A stretch of DNA of 64,000 nucleotides. Source: Spironucleus salmonicida. Lineage: Eukaryota. The notes under the pieces were generated by a model that had not been told where the DNA came from, did not search any database, and saw only the letters and a program-made list of their open reading frames with translations. Positions 61,852 to 64,000 of this stretch are shown piece after piece (positions within the stretch are counted from its first letter, which is position 1; each line of letters starts with the position of its first letter). A program made the position numbers and the translations under genes. Location: positions 62,001 through 126,000 of the forward strand of contig NC_090599.1 in assembly GCF_000497125.1 (NCBI RefSeq), read 5' to 3'.

Positions 61852-64000
61852 TCACTCAATACTATTAACATAATATAATAATTATTCATTTCTAATATCC
61901 TTATTTTATATTCCTTCAACAGCTATTTTCAGATGTTATTTAAAAATGACGTTTTCTCCCATTTAATAAGCAATAAAAAGCCTAAAGCATTCTACAAATA
62001 TCCACTCCCACTCATTATCAATTTCAGCGGCTATTAATATTAAATTCTCAAAACAGTCTTAAAATATATCTTTTATATTTTATACCAATCCAATTTTTAA
62101 AAGCAAAACAACCATATTTTCTTAAATTCCTTCCCTGAACGAAAAATCGTTTATGACTTCGCTACATAATGCAGCTAAACTGCTTTGTTTTCCAGAAATA
62201 TCACAAAACTCAATAGATTTTTGCAAAAAATAGGACATCTCTATATTCGAATTTTATTTAATATCATCTTCAAGTTAAAAACATACAGAATTGAATAATT
62301 AATATATTAGTGCTACATTGATATAATGAGCAAAATCAGCTAAAACTAAAAAGCAGTATTGTTATATTTAGCTTTAAATTGAAGTTCCTAACACAAGGAG
62401 TTCCAAATAATTCGGTAATTTATCATGAAACAAAACATCAATTTGAGATAAAATCTCTAAAAACTAAAATACTTATTCTGCAAGCCAATAATCAAACGTC
62501 TCCGTTTTTAATGACTAAAGTAGAACAGGCGTGATGTGATTTAACAAACTATACGTGCTAGAAATAATTTATTCGTTTCCACTCATAATTCCTTAGCTTA
62601 AAAGCTAAAACCCAGTTTCATAAGTCTATATTGAATGATCTGGTATAGAATCACGTCTACAAATAAAGAAGTTGAGTTCTTCAAAATTAATGAAATAATT
62701 GATCATTTTAATAAAGCTTTCACATATAATATTTTATTGATCTATAGTCACAAGAAGCCCACATAGTTTTGTGATCTCTGTTATAACAATTGTTGATTTG
62801 CTGTAGTTACCTGTTATATTATTTAAGAGCTATGCAAAATGTGTAAAAATATAACTGAATGAACTTGTTTGGTAAATTTACTGTAGAAGTTGTAACAAAG
62901 CAACTGTAACTTGTTCATTACTTTAGTTTGTTAGTAGAAAATTTATTACACTTAAAATATCCTAGTCTACAAACTAATGGTCTTCGGATAGAGTTATTAG
63001 AAAATTAATAACTGCAAAAATAGAATCTTCACACAATTAAGTATTTAGTTGTTAAACTAATGCGGATATAATAGGTGTGTACTCTTCGCTGCTTAAATCA
63101 AAAGAGCTTAAAAGAAATAATGATATTTAAAATTTTGTTTAGTCTTATACTACAGGAAACTATTAAATTACAAATTATAATAATTCATGCTTGAATTTTG
63201 TTTGAATGTAATAGCTTTCTGAAATAAACTAAGACAAACCTTTAATAGCATAATTTGTGTAATTCCATTTATTAATAAATGGCTCCTATAAATCAAATAA
63301 ATTTGAACATATTTGAACATAAATATCTTCTTTTTATTAATTAGTGAGGCTTTCCTCTATAATTTAATTATAATTTTTATTTGTAAAAATCTCAAAAATA
63401 ATTTATCCACATATTTCAAAGTTTAACGTTAAAAATTTTGTAGAAAATAAAATTAAACTACTGGTATGACGAAGAATCAAGTTTTAAAATTTTACCAATA
63501 ATATTAATATAAACTTAAGAGATTATATATTAAAATCTAGCAAATTAAGATTCTTCTCTAAGAAATACTCATTCAGTGTGTAATTTTCCAATATAGTTAA
63601 TATCTCAATACCTTGATTTTGATCAAGTTAATAAAGATTCTCTAGATTTGTAAAAATAAAAGTGTACAATTCTTAAGACAAGTGGGGTTCTAATAACAAT
63701 TTTTTTACTAAATAAAAGTTAGGAGCTAATTAAATTTGCTATTAAAGGAAATTGGGAATAGTTTTAATTTTTTTGCAAATAATATAAATAATTTCAACTG
63801 AAAGATTATCAGTAAGTAACATGAAGTGTTTAAGGATATCTTCTAAAATAATATCATCATTAATAAACTTAATTTCATTTTTAAGAAGTATAACGGCTAA
63901 TTAATTAGTTTCAGAAAAATTCATTAACCAATACATAAACTAAGGCTAGTTTCTAAATTTCTATAATTTCATTTCTATTTATTAATGACTCAATAGATTT
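61852..64000 (-). CDS. 5'-truncated HEAT/ARM-repeat protein (importin-beta-like)
   Basis: Frame open wherever checked from the window end to GAG-TGA at 61852; amphipathic helical repeats. Confidence 0.6.

Noticed and set aside
61946-62533. Plus-strand ORF-like stretches
   Set aside because: Antisense shadow of the minus-strand HEAT-repeat gene ending at 61852.
1-64000. Mass pseudogenisation suggested by frequent TAA/TAG and short track ORFs
   Set aside because: Genes are full length and frame-intact when TAR is read as Gln.

Overview
AT-rich, very gene-dense eukaryotic DNA that only makes sense under a code in which TAA/TAG = Gln and TGA is the sole stop (translation table 6). The supplied ORF track is therefore fragmented, and all CDS coordinates below come from my own manual re-reading. 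The code, near-absence of introns, gaps mostly under 100 bp and AGTGA-type gene ends point to a hexamitid diplomonad (Spironucleus-like; inference). About 43 genes are present. Well recognised: Rpn2, a SMYD protein, a NEIL1-like glycosylase, cornichon, a DHHC-family acyltransferase, a HECT E3, Dbp9, Ded1/DDX3, eIF2B-epsilon, RPL36, Nop58, GPN3, glycogen debranching enzyme, an ADP-dependent sugar kinase and DENR. More tentative: Vps8-like, Nup107, Nus1-like, exportin-like, CFAP100-like, a dynein light intermediate chain and a minimal ataxin-2. Most notable observations: a candidate 43-nt GT-AG intron that restores the frame of the DHHC gene; a prokaryote-like ADP-glucokinase; a GC-rich 54-bp coding tandem array that uses no TAR Gln codons; and several minimal or degenerate versions of conserved proteins. 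All family calls rest on motif recognition by eye, not on database searches.
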